Positions 11,444 to 25,442 are shown, numbered from the whole stretch's first letter. The stretch is DNA of 63,849 bases, filler included, from Octopus bimaculoides (GCF_001194135.2; 7 parts of 6 records of this genome joined end to end with filler, not necessarily neighbours in it); one strand, 5' to 3'. Made by a program: numbers and translations. The notes: generated from the sequence alone by a model not told the origin.

Positions 11444-14321
11444 NNNNNNNNNNNNNNNNNNNNNNNNNNNNNNNNNNNNNNNNNNNNNNNNNNNNNNNNN
11501 NNNNNNNNNNNNNNNNNNNNNNNNNNNNNNNNNNNNNNNNNNNNNNNNNNNNNNNNNNNNNNNNNNNNNNNNNNNNNNNNNNNNNNNNNNNNNNNNNNNN
11601 NNNNNNNNNNNNNNNNNNNNNNNNNNNNNNNNNNNNNNNNNNNNNNNNNNNNNNNNNNNNNNNNNNNNNNNNNNNNNNNNNNNNNNNNNNNNNNNNNNNN
11701 NNNNNNNNNNNNNNNNNNNNNNNNNNNATATATATATATATATGTATATATTATGTATGTATATATGCATGTATGTGCATGTATGTGTGTATGTAAGTAT
11801 GCATGTATGAATGTATGTATATATGTATGTGTGTGTGTGTATGTATGTATGTATGTATGTATGTATGTATGTATGTATTAGAAATCTTGAAATCTAGTTT
11901 TCAGCATCACAGTGCGAAGTATATATTCTGCACAGAAGTAAGGAAACTCCGTGACTAAATGTAAGCACTAACATTTGCGAACACATTGATATATCTTATA
12001 CCTTAATTTGCGTGAATTTATTCATCCAACACAGAGCTGCATTACTCATAATTTATTATTTCACGTTACTAACGACTCAATCATCAAACAACACAAATGA
12101 ATTCTAAGGCAAGTTTGCGTATATTATAAATAGATATAAGCTACTACTCTCTGTAGGAATCGATTTCTTGTGAAGTGACATAAGTTGAAACTTGTCAGGT
12201 CGATTTTCTTTTTCTGGCCAGATAAAGAATTGGGGAAAGGAAGAGAATGGGAATGAAAGGGCGATTGTGCGTCAGATTGGACGAGGAAGAGATGTAAGTG
12301 GTTTAGTTTCAACATACGATCTCTGACCAAATTACTTGACAAACAAATAAAACTTCAGTTTCATTTGCAATTTTTCCGTCTATGAATATCAGTGGTGTCC
12401 TCTACGTAGTCTTCTATTTTGGAATCCATTGTAAGGACCACCAATTTCAATGATTATTTGCTTGAGCATAAAGCTAGATGTCTGTTTCGACAATTATATC
12501 AGATATGTTGGAATTTATATATTAATATACTAAAATTCTTTGTTATGCTACTTTGTGGTTCGTATTTACCAATAAATAAGTATTGAGGTATGTCTAAGAA
12601 AATAACGATATTTCAGTTTCCATTTACTGAACTTTTTAAACCTATTTTGATAAATAGCCTGATAAAACACATCCCAACAGCATCCTATTCATAGCCGTTT
12701 AAAATTCACCAAATGAGTAGTCCATCATCGCTATAAATACCGAATTCTAAATTGCTGTAGTTCTTTAGAAGTAAATCAATGATATGCATACCTATTAATT
12801 TAGAAACAGATGTCCCTCAGTAAGATCTCAGTAGGATCTCATCAAACAATTGGTGTCCGCCTCAACAATAAAGAATTAACTTTTAAAAGTAAAAAAACAA
12901 CAATATATTTGCATAATTAATATCAATTCCTGAATCCCCTGAATCGTTTCTTTTTGAAGAAACAATTCACTTATTAATAGGCAGAACTTCATTATATCAA
13001 ACTTCGTAAATCTACAATAGTGCTTATTATTTGTTAGTGAACTACTTGATAATAGATGTAAGACTATAATCTCAAACTATGTAAATTCACAATAGCTAAT
13101 TATCACTGAACCACTTGATAGCTGATAAACTATTATTTCATAACCGAAGAAACGTGACGTGCGTCTATGTTACTTTTAATTCCTCTACCTGTTGCATTAT
13201 CTTTACTGCATTTTTTAATATACATTTCGAGTTGGCAAGGAAATTATCTCTCTCATGTTTAAAAGTAATTTATGGTTAGCATAGTACAAAAGCATTTTCC
13301 TTTATTGTCGAAATTTAAACTGGTATTTGTTTCAGTTTTGTCTTGATTAATATTATGGCAAAACCTAGAATTAGCTTTCTGTATGAGTTTCATAGATAAA
13401 GTTTTGATTGTTGTGTATGATATGTGCAATTTTTAACTTTGCATATTCTTTGGTTTAGTCTGGGGAAAAATTAATGCGTTTGGAGTTTATAATTTTTTTT
13501 AGATCTTTGGGAAAAACGTCATGAGCCGAATATATATACCAAAAGAATTAGTCTTCCAATTAACCCTCTGATTACATTTTTCTCTTTTTCTGTAAATTAG
13601 TTTTCATGTAATTTTTATCTTATGAGACCACGAAATTGTTTTCAAAAAGATTCCGAAGTAGAAATACTCATAGATTTTAGGACAAAAAATCGGTTTATTA
13701 TAATTACGTAGAAGAAAAGAGCTTTATGTGCTTCTACTGCAAACCGGACTCGACTGTCTATACAGGCTGCAGAGGCAGCAAATAATTTGAAACAGTGGCT
13801 ACTCTTCTTCCCGTTATTTTACTACTGCTCTCATAATGTGTAATACTACGAGGAAATACTTATTTATGAGACGTAGCAAACTCCGAAGCATTTGAGCGAA
13901 GATTTATATTATAGAGAAGCTTATGTAATTAAATATTTCGCTTTCAATTTTTACCTTTATGAATATTCATATCATTCTGAATATTATATATTGTATCTTT
14001 GAAGTCACTGCCTTTAATGGAGACATGGGGTCGTATGCAGAAATATTACATGATTTCTGAGTTGATGGATGAGCTGGATATGCACTTAATAATGTTAATA
14101 ACTTAGTTGTTATTAGTGACCAATAAAATGTCAATGCATGGTAGCTCAATAATATTTTCCTCTATTTGCGAATATTGTTGCTTATGTATACTATGCATCT
14201 TTCTTATCTTCAATCATTTCTGTAATCGGTAATATGAAACAACGCGTTATAATTCAAGAAGGTTTAATAAAATATAGGCATTATTTTATGTATTTATTAC
14301 TTTCTCGCATTTATAACGAAC

Positions 14322-14363
<42 letters not shown>

Positions 14364-14463
14364 NNNNNNNNNNNNNNNNNNNNNNNNNNNNNNNNNNNNN
14401 NNNNNNNTTAATTAATTAANNNNNNNNNNNNNNNNNNNNNNNNNNNNNNNNNNNNNNNNNNNN
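14364..14463. other. Assembly gap spacer N44-TTAATTAATTAA-N44 (also at 24081, 34506, 53863, 56067, 57765)
   Basis: An identical 12-mer with stops in all frames is centred in six 100-bp N blocks. Confidence 0.95.
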
Positions 14464-14645
14464 TTTACCTTTGTAGCAGTTGACTATGGTGCTGCTACAC
14501 CAGTCATTGGGTATGACTCCTTCGTGTATCACCTGGTTCATAATACAGGTGACTAGGCTATAGCTGACACTGCCAGATATTTTGAGCATCTCTGCAGTGA
14601 TTCCTGATGGGCCGGGGGCTTTCCCTGTCTTCATACTCTTAATTG
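14464..14645 (-). mobile_element. RTE LINE reverse transcriptase fragment
   Basis: AIKSMKTGKAPGPSGITAEMLKISG...VIPNDWCSSTIVNCYKGK; the nucleotide sequence closely matches 19620-19810. Confidence 0.9.
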
Positions 14646-14654
14646 CTTTATATA

Positions 14655-14820
14655 TATACATATATACGACGGGCTTCTTTCAGTTTCCGGCTACCAAATC
14701 CACTCACAAGGCTTTGGTCGGCCCGAGGCTATAGTAAAAGACACTTGCCCAAAGTGCCACGCAGTGGGACTGAACCTGGAACCACGTGGTTGTTAAGCAA
14801 GCTATTTACCACATAGCCAA
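14655..14820 (-). mobile_element. SINE family A, 5' half
   Basis: Reverse complement of the head at 25443-25605. Confidence 0.9.
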
Positions 14821-14859
14821 GAATTATAACAAACACAAATATATATTATAGTAATAGGA

Positions 14860-17140
14860 GCAAATGTGAAAAGGTTTTTCTTACTCCCTAATCTAGAAGC
14901 ACCAACATATAGCTGTCCATGTGAAAAACAATCCTCTTCTAAATGCAAACCAGCAATTTGTAGTGTCTGACCATGTGACTTATTGATAGACACTGCAAAA
15001 GACAAATGTATGGGAAACTGAAGTCGTTTGAACTCAAAGAGCGTGTTGGAAGGTATTGAAGGAATTCAAGCGATAAAACCATCTTCGCCTTTTCCACAGC
15101 CAGAAATTATTGTGGCCTCTATAACATTGCTCATTAATTTTTTGACAATAAGTCTTGTGCCATTGCATAACTTTGGTTGTGAGAGGTTGCGCAGAAGCAT
15201 GACAGGAGCACTTACTTTCAATCGAAGACAATGAGGAGGAGCAAAAATTCTACTGGATGATTGACTAATTCTGATTCATCTATGGCAGAGTCTATGGCTT
15301 TATAATTATGCTCAATTCCTGGCATCATTTTCGCAAGTCTATCATTTAAACTATTCACTGCAATATTTTTTGATGCCATAACTGCCTTTTCACACAACCA
15401 AGCAGGATTTTTAAAATTTGAAATTAATCTGGGAAAAACCTTTTCAATTAGTTCTTCAACCGAGTTAACCAAGGTGGATATTTCTGATAAATTTAATTCA
15501 CCTTTGTTATTCATATCCAATCTTCCTTCTCCAAGCTGCAATAGGGTATTAGCATTTTGTCAAGACAGAAGATCCCCATGTAAATGTGCCCTCATATTTG
15601 TAGAGAGTTTTAAACGTTGGGCATGTTTCCACAGTACAGAGGATTTCAAGCATGCTTTCAATTCATCTGCCTTAGTTCCCCTGGAAATAACTGGCAAAGT
15701 TTGCCTAAAATCACCTGAAAGCACTAGTCACACCTCCCATCAATCAGTTTTAATTACATAAATCATACAGCATTCTGTTAACAGCTTCTAGAGCTTTTTT
15801 ATGAGACATTGTAACTTCGTCCCACATGATCAAAAAACATTTTTGAAGAACTTCAGCAATACCAGAATGCTTACTTATATTGCAAACAGGTTCATCAGTT
15901 GTACTCAGATTCAATGGGAGCTTGAATGATGCGTGAGCTGTTCGACCTCCAGGGAGTAAAGTTGCAGCCATTCCAGAACTTAACACAGCTAAGGCTATTT
16001 CCTTTCTCTGCCTAACGTTGGCCAGTAATAAATTTGTGAAAAAAGTTTTCCCAGTTCCTCCTGGTGCGTCTAAAAAATATAATCCTCCTTTCTTATTGGT
16101 CACTTATTCAATGACTGTTGTATATGCAGCTTATTGGTCTGGTAAAAGTTTTGGTACGTTTTCATTAATGAACTGGTCAGCGAATCAATATTATATGAAG
16201 TTTCTTGCAAAACACCGGAGTTATTCACTTCAATTCATTGAGTTTCAGGTAACCCAAATTTGCAGAGCTCCTCCCCTCTCATGCCGATCACGTGGTCTTC
16301 AATAACAATCAACACAGAGTTATATACTTCTTCGCTAAATGCTATTTCTCTCTCAGGGAATCTTAGTTGTTCCTGATATTTATAGTCCTCAGATAAATCA
16401 TCCTTATATTTCTGCCACAGTGTTAATGAATTACTTACTTCACAAGTTTTGAGAATTATTGCAAAAGGGACTCTTAGAGAAACAGGTGTGTGTGACAGTG
16501 AAGCCTCAGCCATAGTTCTTTCCCAGTGATTGCCATCTAACAAATTTGAGGCTAAACAGGATTCCTTGTAATTGTCAAAAGTTTGACCATCAATAGTTCT
16601 TAGAAAGGAAAATGAAGTTGGTCCTCTTATTTCATGAAGGAGTTTCAAAAAGAAACATTCACAGTGACCTGGATGCACAGAGTAAACTCTTCCTATTGTA
16701 GAGTCAAATTTTACACCTGGATGACCCTCAACATCAGCTCCTCATTTTCTCCTGTGCCATGTGTTATTACTCCATGTGTAATAAGATGGAACCTGATTAT
16801 AAATAAGAGTTTTTGCAAAATTATCTCATTCACACAATTTTAAAAATGCAATAAGAGTTGTGTATTTTGGATTTAGAGTGACGTGGGCAGCATTTTCATT
16901 TGTGAAATAAACCCTCTGACCATTTTCAAGATGAAATGCAAGCTGTTGGATTGCAGGATGCCATTCATGAATAGGAAACCCAAAAATACGCCAAAATGCT
17001 TCATTAGTGCTGATATATCTACCAAGTTCATACTGAATAACTTCATCTCTAACACTTTCTGCTTGTAAGGAAAACATGGCTGCATCAGATATATATATAT
17101 ATATATCTTTTTTTGCTAACAAAATTAAGTCAAACATGGA
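14860..17140 (-). mobile_element. Helitron Rep/helicase remnant (PIF1-type helicase), pseudogenised
   Basis: Collinear frameshifted motifs: GRYISTNEAFWRIFGFPIHE..LAFHLENGQRVYF; RGPTSFSFLRTIDG; FLDAPGGTGKTF (Walker A); LLPGGRTAHASFKLPL; IMWDEVTM; GDFRQTLPVI; FAVSINKSHGQTL..CFSHGQLYVGASR. Confidence 0.93.
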
Positions 17141-17749
17141 TAAAAAAACAGCTTTTTTATAAAATTATATATTCTTTAGACATAGAGCCACTCACTGTCA
17201 ATCGTTGTATTGGTATACACTCAACTGATGAGACAGGTGTTCGGACTGACAGTGATATGGTAAATTGAATATGTTTTGCTTATTAAAATATTCCTTTTCT
17301 AATGCATAAAATTACGTTGCAAAGTCTATAATGAGATATGCATTGTTGAAGTTTTGTAGTACACTTATTCCAAGAACACATACTTAAATTTTATGTACCT
17401 TCCATGAAAAATGGATGTATTTGCACTTTCAAAAGGGCTCTGCACCGTGTTATAAACCCCATTTAAGGGGTTAAATAATATTGTAAGATGAGGGAATTTT
17501 GGAAATCATCTTTATTTAATACCTAGTAGTCATGTTGTTATTTTCATTGAAATTGGAGGTATTTAAAACTTCACAGGGGGTGTTTGGCCCCCTTTAGGCT
17601 GAATAATCGCAAAGGAAGGTAAATTTTATGTAGCTCATTGTCTTTCTTGTAAAATTTTACATGAGAACACATACATTGTTTTTATGTATCTTCAATTCCA
17701 TTTTGTCCTACAGATGTAGAGACACGCAGATGTTGAGCTTTATTATAAT

Positions 17750-20603
17750 CATCATCATCGTTTAACATCTGTTTTCCATGCTAGCATGGGTTGGATGGTT
17801 TGACCGGGGTCTGGGAAGCCAGGAGGCTGCACCAGNNNNNNNNNNGATGGTTTGACCGGGGTCTGGGAAGCCAGGAGGCTGCACCAGGCTCCAGTCTGAT
17901 CTGGCAGTGTTTCTACAGCTGGATGCCCTTCCTAACGACAGCCACTCCATGAGTGTAGTAGGTGCATTTTACGTGCCACTGGCACAGAGGCCAGAGGAGG
18001 TTGGCAACGGCCACAATCGGTTGGTGCTTTTTCCGTGCCACCAGCATGGAAGCCAGTCAAGGCAGCGCTGGCATCGGCCACGTTTGGATGGTGCTTTTTA
18101 TGTGCCACCAGCACGGGTATCACAACTACAATTTCCATTTGATTTTCATTTTGATGATGTACTTCACTCAATAGGTCTCCTCAAGCACAGCAGGTTGCCC
18201 TACAATCCAAGGTACTTTTGAATGGACTGGGGCTGGTTATGCGAAACTTTATTTGCTGGGTCTTTGCAGACACAGCATATCTCCAGAGGTCTCAGCCTTT
18301 CATTATTGCCTCTGTGAGGCCCAACGTTTGAAGGTAATGCTTGACCACTTCATCCCATGTCTTCCTGGGTCTACCTCTACCCCGAATTCCTTCAACTGTT
18401 TGGGAGTGGCACATCTCTCCTCATCCATCCATAGTACATGACCATACCAGCACAAACATCCCTCTTGCACGCCACATCTGATGCTTCTATATCCAACATT
18501 TCTCTCAGGGCGCTTACACTCTGTCGTGTGTGCACACTGACATTACACATCCAGTGGATCATGCTAGCTTCATTTCTTTCGAGCCTATGCATGTCCTCCG
18601 CAGTCACGGCCCATGTTTCACTGCTGTGAAGCATAGCAGTTCGCACACATGCATCGTACAATCTACCTTTCACTCTGAGTGAGAGGCCCTTTGTCACCAG
18701 TAGGGGTGGAGGCTTTCTGAACTTTTCCCAGGCTATTATTCTAGTGGTAACACTCTCTGAGCAGATGCTATCAACTACTTCTAGTTTTTCCCTCTGGAGT
18801 GTGATGGAATCTGTTTTCTGAGCATCTATGGTGTTTATTGCCCCAGTGCATTTGCTGCACATGAAAGCTCTCTTCTCGGTTAATCTTCCTTTGATGTTGC
18901 TGCACCTCTTATGTGTCCATAGCTTACATCTTATGGAGTTTCTACCTACACCTTTTCTACAGATCGAGCAGGCCCACCTACTTGAAGGGGTGTGTGATGT
19001 GTTCGCCTTCCTACTTACTAGAACTTTGGTCTTTGCTACATTGACTCTAAGGCCTTTTAATTCTAAACCTCGCTTCCACACCCGAAATTTCTTTGCTAGT
19101 TCTGGTAGTGATTCTGCTATGATGGCCAGATCATCAGTGTAGAGGAGCTCCCAGAAGCAACCCATCTTGAATTTTTCTGTTATTGCCTGGAGGACTATGA
19201 TGAATAAAAGGGGACTGAGGGCTGAACCTTGGTGGACCCCTACTTCTATCTGGAATTCTTCACTATACCCATTGCCAATCCTAACCTTACTAACGGCCTC
19301 TCTGTATAGGGCCTTATTAACCATTCATCAATCCCCAGTTTCCGCATCACCCACCAGATAAGGGATCGAGGGACCCTGTCAAAGGCTTTCTCCAAGTCCA
19401 CAAAAGCTAAGTATAGGAGTTTATCTTTAGCTAGGTATTTCTCCTGCAGTTGTTGAACCAGGAATATGGCATCAGTGGTGCTTCTACCTGGCACAAAACT
19501 GAACTACATCTCATCTAAGCAGACTCTCTCCCTAATGAGATGGGCTATGACCCTCTCTGTGACCTTCATCACCTGATCCATCAGTTTGATACCCCTGTAG
19601 TTATTTCTATCAAGAGCATCACCTTTTACCCTTGTAGCAGTTGACTATGATGCTGCTACACCAGTCATTGGGTATGACTCTATCATGAACACCTGGTTTA
19701 CAATGCAGGTGATTAGGTCATAGCCCACACCACCAGATATTTCAAGCATCTCAGCAGTGATTCCCGATGGGCTAGGAGTTTTTCCTCGCTTAATACCCTT
19801 AATTGCTTTATCTACCAGGGAACTGTCTATTCGGATAGCTGGTCCCTCTTTGGGTCAACATTTGGCAGGCTCTCCACCTCCCATTCATTCTCCATGTTCA
19901 GCAGGCAGTCTTTCATAATGGCTTCTCTAAGCCTCTTTCTTTTCCGAATCATTAAAAGCAAGTGCACCATCATCCATGCGGACACATTTCTCTCCTGTGA
20001 CATCACAATTTTCTCTCACACACAATCTTGCAATCCGAAATACTTCAGTTCTTTGGTCCTCACATCACTGGACATTTGTAAACTTCTTTTCTGCTGCGCC
20101 CTTGGCTATGTATACCTGCCACTCAGCCTCCCTACAGTTCCCTGCTACCCCCACCCTTCCAGGCTTTCCAGGCCTGTTTCTTTGCTCTAATGGCTTTGTC
20201 TACTGTACTATTCTGCGACCACGTAACTCTAGGTCTGGAAGTGACTTTGCACCATCCACAGACTTGGTCTGTGGCACTCGGCAAGTTATTCCATAGGAAT
20301 TTCCAGCTACCTTCGATGTCCGATGTCTGTAGCTCCTACTCCCTCTCATCAAATTTCTTGATGGGGATGTCCCTAAATCTCTGACTATGTGAAGGGTTCT
20401 TTAGCTTCCAAATCCTTCCTTTTTGGATTGGTCTGCTTCTTGGTACCCTTCTGGCTTCGAGCCTTAAGTCACTAATGACTAGCCTATGCTGGAGGGGTAC
20501 ATTCTTCACCTGGGAAGGTCTTTGTATTTAAGAGCAACCCTGCATCCTGCTGTCTGGTGAGGATGAAATCAATCTCGCTAGTAGAGTCACCAGATTGATG
20601 TCA
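17750..20603 (-). mobile_element. RTE-clade LINE, 5'-truncated (APE C-terminus, RT, 3' UTR, GAT tail)
   Basis: Motifs EIDFIL (APE end), KAPSPSGITAEML, FVPGRSTTDAIF, FVDLEKAFDRVP, GVHQGSALSPLLF and LLYTDDL. Several frameshifts. The 3' UTR ends in TTAAACGATGATGATG. Confidence 0.93.
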
Positions 20604-20615
20604 TATATATATATT

Positions 20616-20647
<32 letters not shown>

Positions 20648-21450
20648 CTAGCAGTATAACCCGATGTTGTCCGGGTGTGACTTATTACACCATCTACGAT
20701 AAGTCTTGTTAGGTGAAAATCAACTAAAAAAGAGAGCCTTACAACGAGAAAACCCTTATGATGTAAATATGTTCATAATTCAAAAGACGAAATTAATAGG
20801 GAAAGTCTGAAGGCTGTTTTGCGTAACATTATTAAGTGTACGTAAATTTCATCCATCTAATTGGCTATACAAATGCTTGTGCAAAACAACTTTTTGCGCT
20901 GCCTTGATTATACATAGCAGAATAATCCCTTTTCGCAGGAGCTAGGACGGCAATTTCTGATGACGCAATTGCTGGTGATCTGATGCTACACAGTTCTGCC
21001 AGAATTCTATCAGATTAGGCAGTAGATGTTGATGCACCATTTTGCATTATGTTCACAGTAGCTTCTGGAATGTGGTGAATTGCTGCAGTCTGTTGCTGTC
21101 TTTTTAAACCGGTTGCTTTCTTTCCCCAGCAAGCTCTCTTCTTTGGAGGCATAGGCAGGGTGGGTAGTTTTCACATTTCTAATGAAGTTCACTGATTTTC
21201 AATGTGTTGTCCTGTCTACATAAGCTCAGTAGTTTGTATATTTACAAAACATTGATGAATATGTAGTAAAGTAAGATCTAGTTATAGTGTAGTGAATGCT
21301 TGTGTGTACATGCATGTGTGTGTGTTTGAGAGAGCGAGAGAGAAGAGGGACAGAGGGGGAGAAAGGAATAGAGAACAGGAGCAATGAAGAGAGGAAGGGA
21401 GAACGGAAGATAGTTATAAAATAGCAATGCATGCACGTGTTTATATAAGA
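20648..21450 (-). mobile_element. Non-autonomous Helitron (internally deleted)
   Basis: Minus strand ends with CCCG-GACAACAT-CGGG hairpin, 8 nt, then CTAG|T at 20648, the canonical Helitron 3' end. A short MPPKKR-initiated ORF lies at 21015-21152. The 5' end near 21450 is uncertain. Confidence 0.55.
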
Positions 21451-23709
21451 AACACACAAACTAAATCTTATATCTATAGTGTTGATGTGTGTATATATTT
21501 ATGTGTATGTTGTTGTCACAGATCACGTATGTGTGGTTGTGTGTGTTTTTACGTTTCTATGTTATGAAAAATATGTAAAAAATACTAAGAGGAGACAAGG
21601 AAGCTGAACATGCAGACAGACAATGTAACGAGTGAAATAGTGATAAGCCCCAGATGACCAGGTCACGTAGATAGTTAGAGGTAGAGGGATAGAAGAAAGC
21701 TATTAAATGGGAGAGAGGAAGAAGAACGAGGAAAGAATAGAAAGGGAAGAATAGTCTTAAACCAAGTTAATCTATGACTTTGTATGTATCACTTTCTCTC
21801 TCTCTCTCTNNNNNNNNNNNNNNNNNNNNNNNNNNNNNNNNNNNNNNNNNNNNNNNNNNNNNNNNNNNNNNNNNNNNNNNNNNNNNNNNNNNNNNNNNNN
21901 NNNNNNNNNNNNNNNNNNNNNNNNNNNNNNNNNNNNNNNNNNNNNNNNNNNNNNNNNNNNNNNNNNNNNNNNNNNNNNNNNNNNNNNNNNNNNNNNNNNN
22001 NNNNNNNNNNNNNNNNNNNNNNNNNNNNNNNNNNNNNNNNNNNNNNNNNNNNNNNNNNNNNNNNNNNNNNNNNNNNNNNNNNNNNNNNNNNNNNNNNNNN
22101 NNNNNNNNNNNNNNNNNNNNNNNNNNNNNNNNNNNNNNNNNNNNNNNNNNNNNNNNNNNNNNNNNNNNNNNNNNNNNNNNNNNNNNNNNNNNNNNNNNNN
22201 NNNNNNNNNNNNNNNNNNNNNNNNNNNNNNNNNNNNNNNNNNNNNNNNNNNNNNNNNNNNNNNNNNNNNNNNNNNNNNNNNNNNNNNNNNNNNNNNNNNN
22301 NNNNNNNNNNNNNNNNNNNNNNNNNNNNNNNNNNNNNNNNNNNNNNNNNNNNNNNNNNNNNNNNNNNNNNNNNNNNNNNNNNNNNNNNNNNNNNNNNNNN
22401 NNNNNNNNNNNNNNNNNNNNNNACGATATACAGCCGTTCATCTTAAAGGTGTTGAGATCAAGCAACACCTGTAAGATGAACGGTTGTATATCATCTCATG
22501 TCTTTTCAACCTGCTTTGCATGTTTTCATAGGTCAACTATGAAAATTGCATATGAATGTTTTCTATTTTTATTGTCTGCATATTACTAATAATAATAATA
22601 ATAATAATAAGGCCATGATGAGAAGTAGTATCCCATATTTTATAATATGCACGAATTGATCTGGATATTGTATCGAAATGGTCATAGGTCATTTTCATTA
22701 TTATTATTATTATAAAGTATTTTCAATGGATCAGTTTTGAGCTCTCTTTAAAGTTGATATATATAAAAAAACTCAATTGTGAGTATTTTGCTAAGTTTGT
22801 TAACAGATACTATATTTTTGCCTAATTTTTGGTATAAAAAAATATATATAAATACATATATATATATATATATATATATTTACATATATATAGGAGAGTA
22901 TTGTAGTTCGCTTGAAGCATTGTGTATTTGTCTGTAAAGAATAAAAAGTTTTGAATGGTACAACAATGTACTATAATACAAAAAATGGACTGTATACCTG
23001 TTGTAATTTAGTTATCTATAGTCCGATGATATTTTGGAATACAATTCCTTCTTCAGATATTCTTAGATGGAGTCTCTGCTATAAACTGTTTTCCAACGGT
23101 TTTCTTTGTTTCAGAAGCAGCTCAGTAGTGGTCTCACGAAGCTCCTTCTGGAATTCCTCATGAGAAGTGCGTGATGTCGGCTATGTTTCAATCTCGTGTG
23201 TGTTGGTACATCTGTAGCGCTGCTTCTAAGTTATGTGTTGTACGTGCAGCTTCTCCTTTTTTTCCCCCTCATATATATATATATATATATAAAAATATAT
23301 ATGTATATAAAACTATTTATATATTCACATATATATATATTTAAATATATATATATTCACATATATATATATAAATATATTACGCGTGTATAAGGGATGA
23401 CCACTAGGTAGACATCCAATATGCTAGAAAGAGGTCATCAACGACCCAAACACAAAGAAAAATAATGTTCTCCAGAAAATTTAACAAAACACCAGAACAG
23501 GACAAAATGAGAAATATACAGAATAAAGAATTAGCTGTGTACTGCAGCTTCAAACATTAATGTTTTACTTACGTAACAACATCCGTTTTCTTATCAGCAC
23601 AGCCATTCTAGAATCAATATAATTTGCAGAACTATACACGAATTGTCTTCATGAAATAAGACTTGCATAAAGTTCTACCAATTACATTGGAGCTATTTTT
23701 CAAAATACC

Positions 23710-24005
23710 TCAACAAGGTCGTTGCCAGAGCCGCTGGACTGGTTTCTGTGCAGGTGGCATGTTAAAAACACTATTTTGAGCATGGCCGTTGGCAGTACCG
23801 CGTCACTGGCCCTCTTGCCGGTGGCACGTAAAAGCACCCACTACACTCTTGGAGTGGTTGGCGTTAGAAAGGGCATCCAGCTGTAGAAATTCTGCCGGAT
23901 CAGATTGGAGCCTGGTGCAGCCATCCAGTTCACCAGTCCTCAGTCAAATCATCCAACCCATGCTAGCATGGAAAGCGGACGTTAAAAGATGATATTGATG
24001 ATGAT
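23710..24005 (+). mobile_element. Stand-alone RTE 3'-tail repeat
   Basis: Matches the 3' UTR of the LINE at 17750 (GAAAGGGCATCCAGCTGTAGAAA...CCCATGCTAGCATGGAAA..GATGAT). Confidence 0.88.
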
Positions 24006-24136
24006 AATGTATGTATATGTATATATATATATATATNNNNNNNNNNNNNNNNNNNNNNNNNNNNNNNNNNNNNNNNNNNNTTAATTAATTAANNNNNNNN
24101 NNNNNNNNNNNNNNNNNNNNNNNNNNNNNNNNNNNN

Positions 24137-24176
<40 letters not shown>

Positions 24177-24179
24177 TAC

Positions 24180-24226
<47 letters not shown>

Positions 24227-24404
24227 AATATATAGATACATATATTTCCACACACATGTGCACTCACACACACACATGCACACACAGAAACATATATATA
24301 TATGTATACCTGCATACATATTTTTGTGCAGGTGTGTACTTAATGTTTGCATTACATAAACCTAAATGTATTGAGTACAGTATATTTTAAGAGACGTTTG
24401 TGGG

Positions 24405-24660
24405 TTACACTGCTAGTATAACGTACTGGGCTGTGATTTCATTTGTTTGATCAATATCTACGTCAGTTTTTGTGAAAAAGTAAGATGATTTCTGAGTGAT
24501 ATGGAAGGCCTCAGCCATCAGTTTTCTTCTGTTATACAGCGTTGCAGTGTTGTTTTTAAAATCGCATGCGTCTGTCGGTAAATCAAAATTTGTTGGTTCT
24601 TTATACGTATGAAGAGAAAGGGTGGAGAGATATGTTGGATGAGTGAAAGACAAAGTGGCA
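24405..24660 (-). mobile_element. Possible Penelope-like GIY-YIG C-terminal remnant
   Basis: STLSLHTYKEPTNFDL...RRKLMAEAFHITQK...DIDQ..ITAQYVIL resembles the SAL.EH....H.FD...KRK..EA.HI pattern of Penelope endonuclease ends. Confidence 0.4.
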
Positions 24661-25442
24661 GGAACGCAAAAACGTGTATATATACACACATATATACACA
24701 TAAAGTATATGTACAAACACGTATTTGTAAATGCAGTTTCAAAGTAACTGCTATGATAATATATAGCTAGGTAATCTGATGTGTAGCGAGTGTATGTTGA
24801 CTGAATTTCTTTTCATACGCTTTTTCCTAGTCGGTATTTAATCATATTAGTTGTGATCTTTTTCCGGACTATATAGTTAGTCAAAAAAAAGAGAAAATAT
24901 AGTTAGTCAAAGGAAGAAACCAGCGCATATGGCATTCACAAACATTTAACCTTGATATGGAAATGACAAATAGAAATCTCAAGTCTTGGGCTGCCTGCTC
25001 TTAACCATTCGGTCGCTATAATTTGCCCAGCCGTGGTTCACTTCCTTTGAGTGGACTACCAGCAAGTAGAGGAAAGTGACGCAAGTATAACATAGGTAGA
25101 CTAACAGATTATGTACGCAGACTTATGATTAGTTAATATTTGTTGCAGTGCGCAGGTACTGAGAGCTACTGTTGGGCATCTAATTATGATTATTAGAACA
25201 TTTTTATCTTGTTCCTTCCATTCTTGAATGGTTAGAAATAGCTTGAAAAAGATCTGGCTTCCATTTAGAGGAACGGCATATGGTGCATAGTTGGTTGAAT
25301 TAATAATAAGACAGCCATCCTATTTTATATCTTTATTTTGAGTGTGAAAGGCACCGACAAAAACATTTTATTTTCTCGGGGGTCTCTAAACACACAACCA
25401 CTATCAACACAAGAATCAATACTAATATCATTAACAAACATA

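Noticed and set aside
14408-14419. Identical TTAATTAATTAA 12-mer recurring six times (14408, 24081, 34506, 53863, 56067, 57765)
   Set aside because: It is always centred in a 44N+12+44N block and carries stops in every frame. This is an assembler's gap spacer, not a biological repeat or CRISPR-like array.
17795-17890. Direct duplications flanking short N runs (also 38330-38420, 55395-55470, 62818-62900)
   Set aside because: The same sequence on both sides of a ~10-N gap indicates unmerged contig overlaps, so they are probably artefacts.
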